Made by a program: the position numbers and the translations under genes. Shown here one piece after another: positions 13,646-25,900 of a stretch of DNA of 64,000 nucleotides (within the stretch, counting starts at the first letter, position 1; each line of letters starts with the position of its first letter). This DNA comes from Somniosus microcephalus (taxonomy: Eukaryota), in NCBI GenBank assembly GCA_052327205.1, contig CM126220.1:28210001-28274000 (forward strand), written 5' to 3'. A model generated the notes under the pieces. It was not told the DNA's origin. It made no database searches and was given only the letters and a program-made list of their open reading frames with translations.

Positions 13646-14404
13646 GGCCCAGAAATTCGGGCGGGGACTTCCCGCGGGTGCAAGACTCCGACCTGCACTT
13701 ACCTTGCGCGGGTCGTTGAGCTGTGGGCCCGCATGGGATTCCGATCCTGGGCCTCCTCCAACTGCCGGCGCGCAGTGCTTGTGTACCCTAGGGGCGCAGT
13801 TAGTTCGATGCGTCCCCTGGGATCACGTGGGCCATGGAGAGCCAATGGTAGCAGAGAATGCTTCATTCATAAGTTTGACAGGAAGAGCTGTCAAACCTAT
13901 AAATACTACAAGCCCCAAAACATCACTAAAATCTCAAATAAATTTTTTTTTAAATCACATTTTTAAAATAACTATAAATTACATGAAATAACTATTTTAA
14001 ACAATAATTTAAATTTTTGAAAAAGTTAATTACATTTTCTAACTGGGCTAAAAATAAACTTACCTTTCTTTAAAGTATTTAAAAATAATAAACCTGTGGA
14101 AAAAATGTTTTAATTTTAATTAATTCACCACTTACCTTGTTAAAAGCAGGCCTTGCGCCTGCTTTTTACATGTGTAACTCCTGGAGACTTATCCTCCCGG
14201 AGAAACCTGCAAAAAAAACGTAAGTTCCATGCGCACGCGCTGCCTCTCCGGCGCACGCGTTCACCTCTGAACCCTTTCCTTTAAGGGAACGGAAGTTCCG
14301 GTTTCCCGCGCATACGCAGTGCATGCATGAAACCGTCACTTCCATTGGGCTTACGGGTGAGTACCCCATGCGTACTCACCCGTGGAGACCCGAATTTCTG
14401 GGCC
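13646..14404. mobile_element. Non-autonomous DNA transposon (PIF/Harbinger-like MITE), copy 1
   Basis: 16-bp perfect TIR GGCCCAGAAATTCGGG...CCCGAATTTCTGGGCC; 3-bp TSD AGT (13643-13645, 14405-14407); closely similar copy at 22154. Confidence 0.88.
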
Positions 14405-15629
14405 AGTGTATTTTATCGCTTCTGGACCCTGAGTTTGAATCTAGCTTAGATGAAGATTGGATGCCTCCTCCCTATAATGTCTGTAAATGCCCTGAATTAA
14501 ATGTGATAATGTACACTCAGCCTAGATTTTAGATAATGAGTGTTCAAGGCACAGAACTGTCTAGTTTTTCAGCACAGTTAGTGCAATCCCATTAGTCTAC
14601 GCCTTATACATGCCTGGTTCCAGCCATGGACTTAAACAAAGGTAGTATGGAATAGAAATGTTATATTGCTTCACCAGGACATGCAGGAGTGGACTTGACT
14701 CAACGTATTACACAACAGCCCTGATTATATGAGGGTTTGTGAAGGTCATTTGCGTTAAAGAAATGTAACTGGTAGGACATAGGTCATAACTGTTTTAAAT
14801 AAAAGAAAAACCAGGTGCTGTGTGGATTAGACACTGATCTTTCACTTCTGGGGACAAGGGATGAATCCATCGTGGACTGATGGGATGAAAGCCTACTGTC
14901 TATAAGGCATGACCTGATTTGCCAGTCTCAATTCAGTTTCTCATGGGCATGGGCCCACACACAGAATTGCTCACAGTTTGGCACTCAGCATTCTCATTCA
15001 GAGAGGCTGCAGGATGGGTGATGCGCAGAATGGAAACCTCACACTGGTTGAGACAGAGGGAGCTTTATTCTCCATCTGACTATACTATACATGATGGAGA
15101 AGTGGACATAAAATGTAGGAAAATGTTCCATTCCCCAGGATGTCCATTCTTCACCCTGACGAAAACAAAAATCCTTTATGACAAAGTTGAATTGCACACT
15201 TGACACATGGAAAGAAGGGAGCATGCTCACCTTGGGCCATTGTAGTGCATCACAACTAAAGAGTGGGTCGGTTCTCTTTTAAACAAGTCTATTTCTTTTG
15301 TGGGATAAATTGGCCCGGGCTCCCAGTCCTTGCATTCGCCTAAGAGCCCCTGTTATGAAATGCTTATGTACGATCTTTGGATGAGGACAAGATCAGGCTG
15401 GGCTGAAATGCCCCACAAAATCAAATGAACTGCTAATATTGACCGTCTTAAGCACCCAAATAAAAAATGACCACTTTGGGGAAGGGATCAGAAGGCTGCC
15501 AGCGGTTGTAGAACCAATGCCCCAGCACCAATCAGTGGCTTCATGAGAAAATTGGGAAATCCAAATAAAAGTGCAGTGTCTTACACTGACTGACTTCTCT
15601 GCACTCTTCTTTGTGTGTTTTTTTCCCAG

Positions 15630-15791
15630 AGTGACCCAGAGTTCATCCAGTGGAAGAAAGAGTTAACGGAAGCCTTCAACGAGGCTCAGAGGGTCCTGCG
15701 GAGAGCTCCTAAGATGCTGAATAAGTCACGTTCAGCTGTGGTAGAGCTGACCAAACCCCCCCTCAGCCACAGGAACAGCAATGGGCTTTAA
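15630..15791 (+). CDS. GRK3: GRK3 final coding exon
   Basis: ttttcccag| acceptor; [53 protein letters not shown]; the RRAPK and HRNSNGL end are GRK3- rather than GRK2-type. Confidence 0.96.
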   Translation, partial: SDPEFIQWKKELTEAFNEAQRVLRRAPKMLNKSRSAVVELTKPPLSHRNSNGL

Positions 15792-15926
15792 GAGAGAGCA
15801 CTTGTGTGTGAGTGGGGGAACAGAAACAAGAGACCTGAGGATGGTTTTGTGCAAACTACTTCTATATCACCTCGTATGTGGTCCAGCGTGTTGTTATTAG
15901 TTAATTATATGATCCCACAAAACAGG

Positions 15927-15966
15927 GTGTGTGTGTGTATATATATATATATATACATATAGATAG

Positions 15967-15997
<31 letters not shown>

Positions 15998-16016
15998 TAC
16001 ATGTATGTATATATGA
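15927..16016. repeat. (GT)n/(AT)n compound microsatellite
   Basis: gtgtgtgtgtgtatatatatat...atatatat is directly visible. Confidence 0.95.
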
Positions 16017-16414
16017 ATGTGAGACTTTCGGAACAGTTTGGCTGTGTATTTTCTATTGGAAGTATTGATGAACGAGTGTAGCATCTGTTAACTGCAACCA
16101 CAGTGACCACTGCGGTTCATGAGCCAACTCCACAGGAATGAACTAGAGGATGTTGCCAAATAATTTTGGAGAATTTATTTTGTCATGTGTCATTGCGCCC
16201 TGGTGGTGTTCTTTGCTTCATATCAGAGGGTCGGAGGAACATTGACATACAAAGCAAGTGGCTGACTGGACCTGTGTTTTCAGTCACTGATTTCACTCAG
16301 ATTTTTTTTTGCTCCTGGACTGCAACATATCACATAGAACATTGACACATCATCGGTGATCCATCCATCGCCATGGTTTCTCTGCTCGCAAAATGCTGTT
16401 TTGTGACATTATCT

Positions 16415-17001
16415 GTCACCATAGCACCGTGTGCCAATCAATATCATCGACATCTGACTTGGGTTTCTTTTCGCTGTTTCAGACTTGCTGTCTTGCCACA
16501 TATCTGTGTTTACCAGCTGCTGGTTTCTGTACGTACCCAACATTGGGTGATTGTAGACATCAGTTGGATGATGGATTGCTTTGTTTCCATGGTTACCAGA
16601 TGCCAATTCATTTCCTGGTTACCAGAGCAGTTACATTTGATTCTTGTTACACAGACTGAGATAAACAATGGTGTGTTGGTGCTTAATTTTGCCCCCCTCC
16701 CCCACCCTTCCCCACATCCCTGCCGATTGCAATGTTTCTATGACGACAAGAGAATAATTGCTACCACACTGGATCGCCAGGTTTCCAACGTGTTAATAAC
16801 CGCTATCTCTCAGCTGTCGCTAAGTTTTCATGGCTACATGGATGTTGCTTTGTGGCCTGTTTTGCTGATAGGGTTCAGTGGTTGCTAGATGACAACACAG
16901 TCACACTTCATTGTCGAGTTTCCATGGATAACGAATGACAATACATGGCTCAGTGTGTTCTGCCAAGTGTCTATGGTTACTGGATATATAACTATAGTTA
17001 C
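16415..17001. promoter_or_regulatory. Cluster of RFX X-box-like palindromes
   Basis: GTCACCATAGCACC 16415, GTTTCCATGGTTAC 16583, GTTTCTATGACGAC 16734, GTTTTCATGGCTAC 16824, GTTGCTAGATGACAAC 16881, GTTTCCATGGATAAC 16918, GTGTCTATGGTTAC 16967, ATAACTATAGTTAC 16988. Confidence 0.5.
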
Positions 17002-18284
17002 TGATTCATGACCCATCATGCTTCTGTGATGCCTGGTTCCAGCCATGGACTATTCTGCTACTGTTGGGCAATTTTCAGTTACTGTACTTAATTAGATGCG
17101 GATCTACAGACCTAGCCTGGTCCTGGTTTCTGTGTTCACAGATACTGATCCAGGATTACTGGACACCATTCCATTGTTAGATTACTTGTCACAGTTTGGA
17201 GGATTTTGAAATCATTGCGTTGATGGGACATTTACGTGCGCTCCAACCCGCACCTTTACTCCAGTGAAACAGAAAAAGTTAAGAATCCCTACATTCTACA
17301 ACACTTCTGATCCACACAGCACATGATTTGTTTTGTAAAGTCTTTGTCCCCTTCCCACCGTGAAGTGCAAAGTGCCAATGGACTTTACAGATTAAGGAAG
17401 ATTTTTAAAAAATGATCTAAGAGAAAAGTAAAATATTTATCATAGATATTACTGTGCAAGTGTACATAATGTTTAAGAACTAATATACCAAGAATTTGTG
17501 GTAACAACTTGAGAAAAATCTTTAAATGGTGATTGCGTAGCATGAGTTGCTTTATCGACATGTCTTCTATGAACAGTGACAACGCATTGTTACATCTTAA
17601 TAACTGGTCAGTCGCAACAAGGGTCAGCTATTAATCCGAATTTAGGGAGCAACATCAACGCTGAAATTCATTCTTTTTTGTTGCATTTTGTTTTAGCTAC
17701 AGTACCACTAAAATGTTTAAACCTCATATTTTGACTGTAAAAAAAAACACAAAGATGATGTGTATAGTTTTTTCTGGTTATATTTTTTGTTTAGGACTAC
17801 TGCATTTAGTGCGTACTGAAAAATAATAATAACAAGGACAGGATTGGGCTCAAAGTTTGCCACAACCATTGCCACAGTCATACTGCTTTAACAGAAGGGA
17901 GAGTCAGAGAACGATGGAACAAAACTAGTCTGCAGTGGGTCCCAAATGATTGCCATACAGGATGATGTCATAATGATTTCTGTTGCCAAGTGGGATGATG
18001 TCATTGGCTTCCTCTTTGAATCAGTGATGGATATGTACCCTGCCTTGTGGGGAGGCGGCACTGTTGAACCTAAAGAAGGGTATAGGGTAGCCATTTTGAG
18101 TTAAACTAATTGGTTAGTTAACACTGGTGCCTATGATACAATAAGAAAACTGATATACATCTCTTGCTCTTCCAGGAAAACCTTTTACCACCATTTTTAA
18201 CAGGTTGTTTCTTTTCTTTCCCTCCCCCCTCCCCCAACCACAAAAATAAATTAAAATGGGTACATTTGTAGCTGTTCTATTTCA

Positions 18285-18302
18285 CAGTGCCACCTGGTGG
18301 TA
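18285..18302 (-). promoter_or_regulatory. Candidate CTCF site
   Basis: Minus strand reads ACCACCAGGTGGCACTG, a close match to the CTCF core CCASYAGRKGGCRS. Confidence 0.55.
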
Positions 18303-19344
18303 AGGCAGCATTGGTGAGCAATTGCATGGACTAGAGATCATTTTATTTTTCTCAGAGTTCAAAAATACTATAGGGCTTTTCAAATTGATGTAATATTGTC
18401 ACGTTTCAGCCACATAAAGGAAATATTGATGCAGTTCATATGTTTCTAAATGAGAGTTGTACAGAGTCAATCTATACAGACCTCCTTACAAAAAAAAACT
18501 AATGCTTAAAGTGCTGTATGCAAATGAAAAATAATAGTTAACTTATTTAACCAATTAGTTGCTGAAATCAATAACTCACTAATTCTACATTGTTGTAGGA
18601 GTTATCTCTGATAATGCACTTTGATTTTTGTAGTTTTATTTTCTGGTCAAAAATTAACATTTCAAACAGAAGCTTTTCTGATAATGGCTTTGTTACCATA
18701 GTAACCCCATAATCCTGTAACACTCTGGTAGATTTTTGTCTTTACCACCTGGGCAGAGAACAGAAAGGAAAATTTGACAGGGAAGATTGCGATTCCCTAA
18801 CAGAACCCCCCTGAGTTCCTTCTATTTAAATGAATGGAAGGAGAATCGGGTGGATTTTGTAACCGGCGTGCTATCCTCCCTGCCCAATTTCCCTCTCTAC
18901 GCTCCACTCAGGCAATACTTAATAAAAAGACAAAAATCTATCCCACTGTCTTTCAAACATTGCTTAGTATGATTCCTCTATTAGTGAGACTGCCATAAAC
19001 AAGGCACATTATATCAATTAGTGTTATATGTTAGTAATCGACCAACTTTGTGTCAGAGACCTGAAATAGGCATCATAGGTTAACGTCATGACCCAAGATG
19101 GTTTAATAATGTGCATTGGCTGAGATTGTTAAAAAAAAACTTTAGTAATCTTGAAAAGCATAAGCAGCATAGAAAGAGCTAACTATTCTGATGACGTAAC
19201 CCAATAAATAAGTCCTCAGTACAAAACCTGTGAGCGCCAGTTGCGAATTTATTTATCTGATGATAGAGGGAAGTTGCTTATTAGAAGCAGATGTTCCTGT
19301 AACTTAGGAGCATCCTCTTCCCTTTGAATCAGTTTTGGATTCAG

Positions 19345-19810
19345 CCATGGTCTGCTGCTCGTGTCCTAACTCGCACCAAGTCCCGTTCACCCATCACCCC
19401 ATGTGCTCGCTGACCCACATTGGCTCCCGGTTAAGCAACGCCTCGATTTTAAAATTCTCATCCTTGTTTACAAATCCCTCCATGGCCTCGTCCTTCCCTT
19501 TCTCTGTAACCTCCTCCAGCCCTTCAACCCCCCGAGATCTCTGCGCTCCTCCAATTCTGACCTCTTGAGCATCCCTGATTTTAATTGCTCTGCCATTGAC
19601 AGCCATGCCTTCAGCTGCCAAGGCCCTAAGCTCGGGAATTCCCTGCCTAAACCTCTCTGCCTCTCTCCCTCTCCATCTTTAAGACGCTCCTTAAAACCTA
19701 CCTCTATCTCCTTATGTGGCTCGGTGTCATATTTTGTTTGATAATGCTCCTGTGAAGCGCCTTGGTGTGTTTCACTAAGTTAAAGTCGCTATATAAATAG
19801 ATGTTGTTGA
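19345..19810 (+). mobile_element. L2 LINE 3' fragment
   Basis: ORF 19403 HWLPVKQRLDFKILILVYKSLHGL...; 3' tail cctgtgaagcgccttgg...gctatataaatagatgttgttg. Confidence 0.85.
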
Positions 19811-19946
19811 GAACTTTGGGCTTTTGAATTTATGAAATTTCTTAATGCACGTTCTGTGAGTTGTAAAGAAAGCGTTTTATTTGATCTCCATATTAGTGAG
19901 CATGATACAAATATCATGTTTACATGATATCTGCATTAATGAAATA

Positions 19947-20460
19947 CAGGAAACTCTCATTTAAACGGCACCTAAATATCCGGAATTCTCTATTAACCGG
20001 CAAAATTCATACTCCGAAAACAACACCTCAATAACCGGCAATGTTGCCGAGTCCGAGTCTCCCGCGGTGGCCGAGTTAGTCAGTGGGGGTAGTTCTCCAA
20101 ACTGCCACTGCTCGGCTTCTTGGCGCTGTCGGGAGTCGGAACACCTCAATCCCCCTGTAACAGGAGTCTGACTCTCCCGCGCTGCCGGTAGTCTCTTCCG
20201 ATCCGCCATTGTTAAGTAATTAAAAAGTTATGGATTATCCTCAACTGGCAGTACTGTACTTAATCAAGCATCTTCCACCATCCATTTAACACAACATTCT
20301 GTAGGTGACTACCCAATTACTGTATACTGCACATTTCTTGATTTTTTCATTTTTGTTTGTTAAAAATAGCCTCGGTAGATAACCCTCTCCGTCATCCGGA
20401 ATTTTTAATCAACCGGCACCATCGCAGTCCCGTCGGTGCCGGATACCAAAGAGTTTCCTG
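19947..20460. mobile_element. Tc1/mariner (Tigger/pogo-like) non-autonomous element
   Basis: TIR CAGGAAACTCT...cggcacc at both ends, flanked by TA duplication (19945-19946, 20461-20462). Confidence 0.8.
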
Positions 20461-22153
20461 TATTCTTAAACAGTGCACGTTCTGTCAATATTATGGTGAG
20501 AGATACATGACCCAGAGGAGGCTACAAAAGAACATCAGAAATCATGGAATGATAAAATGCTGTTTGGGTCAATCAAGCCTCTTGTTTCCAAAGGCCATAT
20601 TCAGTTTGTTTTGTGATGCATCCTACCCCAAACCATTCCCTCTCCTGAGGAAAGATTCTGCAAAGTTTCTTTCTATCCCCAATGTTGGTACTTGTGGGAA
20701 GAAGAGTAAGGGGAGGAAACATTCACTAAATGACAAAAGGAGAAGAGAGACTTAGGGGTTCAGATACACAAATCTTTAAAAGTGCAATGACCAACCAATA
20801 AAACTACAAATAAATTTGGAATCGTAGGTTTTATAAATAGGGTCACAGAGTGTAAAAGCAAACAGGTAATGCTAAACCTATACAAATTATTGGTTAGGCT
20901 GCAGTAAAAGTGTCCAGTTTTGGGTGCCTTACTTTATGAAGGATGTCAAGGACATGAATAGAGAACAGAAGAGATTTACTAAGATGAGAAATTTTAGTTA
21001 TTAGGAGAGATTAGAGAAACTGGGGCTTTTCCCAGTAGAATAGAAACATTTAAGAGGCATCTGTAGTTCCAGAAAACCCTTTTATCCTGGGGCTGGGGAA
21101 AGCTAGACTGTGAAAGTGACCTCATCTTAAGTGTAATTATTAAGATTTTCCCAAGTTTTCCTTCCATCATCTCCTGAAGGCACGGGCTCATGTTGGGGCA
21201 AAGTTCCACAGGTGACAGCAGCCCTATAGTATCTCACCCAAATGGCCAATCATCAGGAGGTCTTTCGAACCCCTTATTTATTTGTGCAATATGTTTTATT
21301 CCCCTTTCTTCCTGCCTTGTTTCTTGTGTGAACATGCCCTCACCTCCAAGTGTCCTCCTTCCATCTTCCCAACCAGAGTACTGAACAGCCATGGCTCTGA
21401 ACATTTTCAAACATAGCCAATAAGACTTTAGGATAAGAAGTTTCATTTAACCTGGCAAGTTAAGACAGTGAGCAGAAGGTTCCTGGTGACAAGGGACCAG
21501 CCATGGATTGAAAGTACCTATAAAAAAAAAACTGTGCATAATTTTATGAATGAAGTGGATGTACCTCAGTAGTACTATTCCTCAGTAATTAATAGGCAAA
21601 AAACATGTTCAGAAAATCTCACCACAACCAGAACCCAACACTTTCTAGGCTGTCCTGCAGTATAGGACAGGGCCTTAATGCAGATAAACCGTAACATGTC
21701 ATGGTTGAAGTAGCCACAAGTGTTTCTTACTGCCTATAATGGTTGTATATTTTATTTATAATGGTTCTATATTTATTGCAATTTATATGCGTCATTAACA
21801 AAAACTGAACCTTAAACAGTGAACACCTAAATGGACGCCAACTATGAGCAAATACTAAGTTGGTGAGAAAAGAGTCACATTTCTGCTGGCTCTATCTGCA
21901 CTGTTCCCTCTTCCCACCATATTTGCAAGTGGACTATTTGACGATAATGTTTCATAACCACTATAAACTGGGAAATCTCACTGAACTAAATTTTCTTGGG
22001 AGGGAGCTTAAGGATGATTTTGAGGATTTTAATTGTGCCTAGCATATGCAGTAAGATTATTGATGACAAATATATGCTTAGGCTTTGTTTTTTGCGACAA
22101 ATGGGCAGATGTAAAATCTGTATATAAAAAAAAAAACATTTTACAGTATTGTT

Positions 22154-22916
22154 GGCCCAGAAATTTGGGTCGGAGGCTTCCTGCGGGTGCAAGCCTCCGA
22201 CCTGCACTTATCTAGCGCGCCAGCCTTTGTGCTGTGGGCCCCCGTGGGATTCCGATCCTGGGCCTCCTCCAACTGCCGGCGTGCAGTGCTTGCGTATCCC
22301 AGGGGCGCAGTTAGTTCGATGCGTCCCCTGGGATCACGTGGGCCATGGAGAGCCAATGGTAGCAGGGAATGCTTCATTTACAAATTTGACAGGAAGGGCT
22401 GTCAAACCTATAAATACTATAAGCCCCAAAACATCACTATATCTTCAAATAATTTTTTTTTTAAATCACATTTTTAAAATAAACTATAAATTACATGAAA
22501 TAACTTTTAAACAATAATTTAAATTTTTGAAAAAATTAATTACATTTTCTAACAGGACTAAAAATACATTTACCTTTCTTTAAAGTATTTAAAAATAATA
22601 AACCTGTGGAAAAAATGTTTTAATTTTAATTAATTCACCACTTACCTTGTAAAAAGCAGGCCTTACGACTGCTTTTTACATGTCTAACTTCTGGAGACTT
22701 ACCCTCCCGGGAAAACCTGCAAAAAAAAGCGTAAGTTCGATGCGCACGCGCTGCCTCTCCTGCGCACGCGTTCGACTTCTGAACCCCTTCTTTCAGGGGA
22801 ACGGAAGTGCCGGTTTCCCGCGCATGCGCAGTGCATGCACGAAACCGGCACTTCCATTGGGCTTACGGGTGAGTACCCCATGCGTACTCACCCGTGGAGA
22901 CCCGAATTTCTGGGCC
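22154..22916. mobile_element. Non-autonomous DNA transposon (PIF/Harbinger-like MITE), copy 2
   Basis: TIR GGCCCAGAAATTTGGG...CCCGAATTTCTGGGCC; 3-bp TSD GTT (22151-22153, 22917-22919); same orientation as copy 1. Confidence 0.88.
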
Positions 22917-25900
22917 GTTATATTTTGTTAATGCGCCTTTTAGACAGCACTTCTAAGTTATAATACATTTATCATAAGACCAGAGCCCAGTAACCCAGCT
23001 GAAATGTTGAGGTACAGCTGCAGAGGAGGTAGAAGTTATCAATGACTTCAATCTGGCTTCTTGATCTTGCCAAGTGTGCATAACCCGAAAACACTCCCTA
23101 AGTTACTACTGCTTACTTACTCATGATGCAATCTGGTAGCATAAGAGGAAAATCATTGCTCTCCATGTTTAAAGAGTAAAAATATGTGTTATGTATGTAA
23201 AGGCAGGTTTGTAAATATTCCTTAAATTACTTCCATTTGAAATGGCAAAAGAATTTGCAGATCATTAAAAGGCATCTGCAGTGAACATGAGGGCATTTCC
23301 CCATCTCGCTACAGTAATCAACCAGCAGTGACACTGTAACTTTGGAAGGGTGCTGTAACGCCTGTTTTGTTACCAGCTGAAGATCTGAGGTGTGTCTTTC
23401 AATACCAAAATTCACCAACTTTCTTACTAAAGAAATCTGTTTGAAAATTTGTGCAGTGATATTGATAGGTACATATCAGAATCAGAATGGGAATGAGGGG
23501 TAGCACATTTGGTGGAGTATGTAATAGTCATCCAATCAGAATCCTCCAATTTGCATCCTAAATGTTGTTTGAGTCACCGTCATCCGAAATCTCTAGTGAG
23601 ATCATGGTTGAAACAATCACTTTTGATGAAGGGAAACAAACCAGGATTCCCTTTACATTCTAACCTAAAACTCCTGGGGCCAGAAATCTGCAGGGTCGGG
23701 GAGGTCTCTTCATTGAAATGCGAATGGCGGGCACCTGGGCCAGTAGAGGGCATGTCTAGGGCACCCATCTGACCCAGAGGCTGGAAAGTAGGAAGTCTGC
23801 TGCCAGCCCAGGGGATGCTAGTGCCCCCCCACCCCCCCTACTCTCCAGAAACAAAGCCAAACTATCCTCAAGTCACAATCCAGGCTGGCCGGTCCAGTAC
23901 TTAGAGTTTCACTTTACGAACCGGCCGCCTGTGATCCACCAGACTGGTGCATGGCTAGGTCCATGAAGTCATAGTATTGAGAGTAATCCAGCCCTGCTCC
24001 TGCTATGCTGCTGGCCTTGTTTGTGACATGCTTTGGCTTCACCATAAACCAGGCTCGGTGGAATATTCAATGTAAGGTCGGGACCTGGTGTATCCAGGTT
24101 CTGGGCTAATTTGAGGCCCTTCCAGAGCACTCCCACTAGGGTTACAGCAGGAGTGTGCCAAAAGAGCTGTGGATTTCCAGCCCCCCCCCCCCCCGTCTTT
24201 GTAGACAGAATTTCTCAGTCACAATCATTAATGCAGTTGTAGGCATTGACGTCATAGAATTCAGTGATAATCTCAGTCTGTACAAACCAAAAATGCAGCC
24301 AAAGTACCCCATACATGGTTCATATACAATATTACACTGCAGCAGGGAATGATTTCACAGCTATGATCCAACCTCTGAATTCCAGTGGTTATAAACTGAT
24401 TTACGTTTCATTCTTGCAATGTCTAATATCATTGAAACCCCTCAGTTGCGTTTACACTCTGTACCCCTCAGATATATATTGGTTTAAATTATCATTTTAA
24501 ATTTAATGTTTAGAACTCAGAACAATTATTTTACTGAAAATCATGGCCTATAGTGAAGGATATTAAATAAAGGGAAAATTGTAAACGTTGGAACTGTGAA
24601 ATAGAAACAAAATGCTGGAACTACTGAACAGGTTGGTCAGTATCTGTAAATAGAAAGGATAGGTTATGACATTTCTGATATGTGTTCATCACCAGTACAG
24701 GATATCATTGAGGTTGAAAAGAACTGGAGAGAAAATGAGGTAAATGAGGAAGTAATGATTGGGTTACACAAAGTTTGGATTTTTAAAACAGTTATTACAT
24801 GCACACAATAATCTTGATTTACAAGAGGTTCTGTTATGCTATTGACCCCAATGGTCATAATGCAGATCTTCCAGTTCCCCCTCATATTGAGGGTGACACT
24901 CATTTCTGAACTATCATTCAAGTTTCTAATGTACCCACATTTATTGACTGGTATTATTACTATTTACTGGTATACTGTGTATGAAACAAGGCAAATGAAG
25001 AGTTTCTGATAACCCAAATCTTCTCTGTGGGTCTAAAGTAGTCATTGAATCCCCAACAAATTTAGCTACACCTTGTGCCATTGTCACTTTGTTATGTTTA
25101 CATCCTCATAACATTGTCCACAGGTTGGAAGGTTCAGTGGTGCTCCTGGTGCAAAATAAAATATTGCTGCATACACCCTCACAACACTCTCCAATTGGCT
25201 GCCCTATAGTTGATGAGGATAATCCTGTGGAACACTTTATAAGCCTGCATTACAGAGTAGGGGATAATGTGATAGAATCAGATCTGGATTGGCAAAGGAT
25301 GAGGGAAAATAACCAACCACCATCAATAGGCCTCTTCATCAGTATCTGTTGATTTTTAATCTGGAAGATGCTGATTTTAACAGACCAAGGGCTGATAAAG
25401 AAATGTAACTAAATGTGCCATCCTTCAACTTGGGCTCATCTCACATCGCACACACTTTACAACAAAGAGGTTTATTCTAAAAGATATCCCAAAAGCCAGT
25501 CTGAAATAACTTCCACTCAGATATAACACACGGATGCCAACTCTCACTTGTTTGGAGTGAGTCTGACTCCTATAAATAAGCACATCCCCATCTGTTTGAT
25601 TGGGTTTCCAACCCATTTCACTCTTTTTGATCATATAATTCTCACTCCTAATATTTTCCACGCATCTAGACCTGTCATACCTAGCCATTTCCTAACCCTG
25701 CAGGCAAAAAGACATGTATCAGTAATTGAGGGATAACGTTGAGCAGTGAGATGAGCTTGCACCTAAGCTTCAAAACACCATCAGCTGGGTAAGTGGGTAG
25801 GTCTTTCTGTTGAAATCTAATTTAATTGCGTTCATTGTGAAAGTCATACTGGCAGGTCATAGCAATGAAGCAGTGGCTTATGGCATCAGCTTGTGGCAAA

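Larger units (their letters stand above)
15792..19230 (+). other. GRK3: Putative long GRK3 3' UTR
   Basis: TE-poor, AU-rich sequence after the stop codon; AATAAA candidates at 18245, 18921 and 19203; Pumilio-type TGTACATA at 17461. The true end cannot be determined without RNA data. Confidence 0.55.

Noticed and set aside
13604-13991. Duplicated ORFs (also 22149-22517) suggesting a gene family
   Set aside because: They are chance frames within the two MITE copies, with no transposase motifs.
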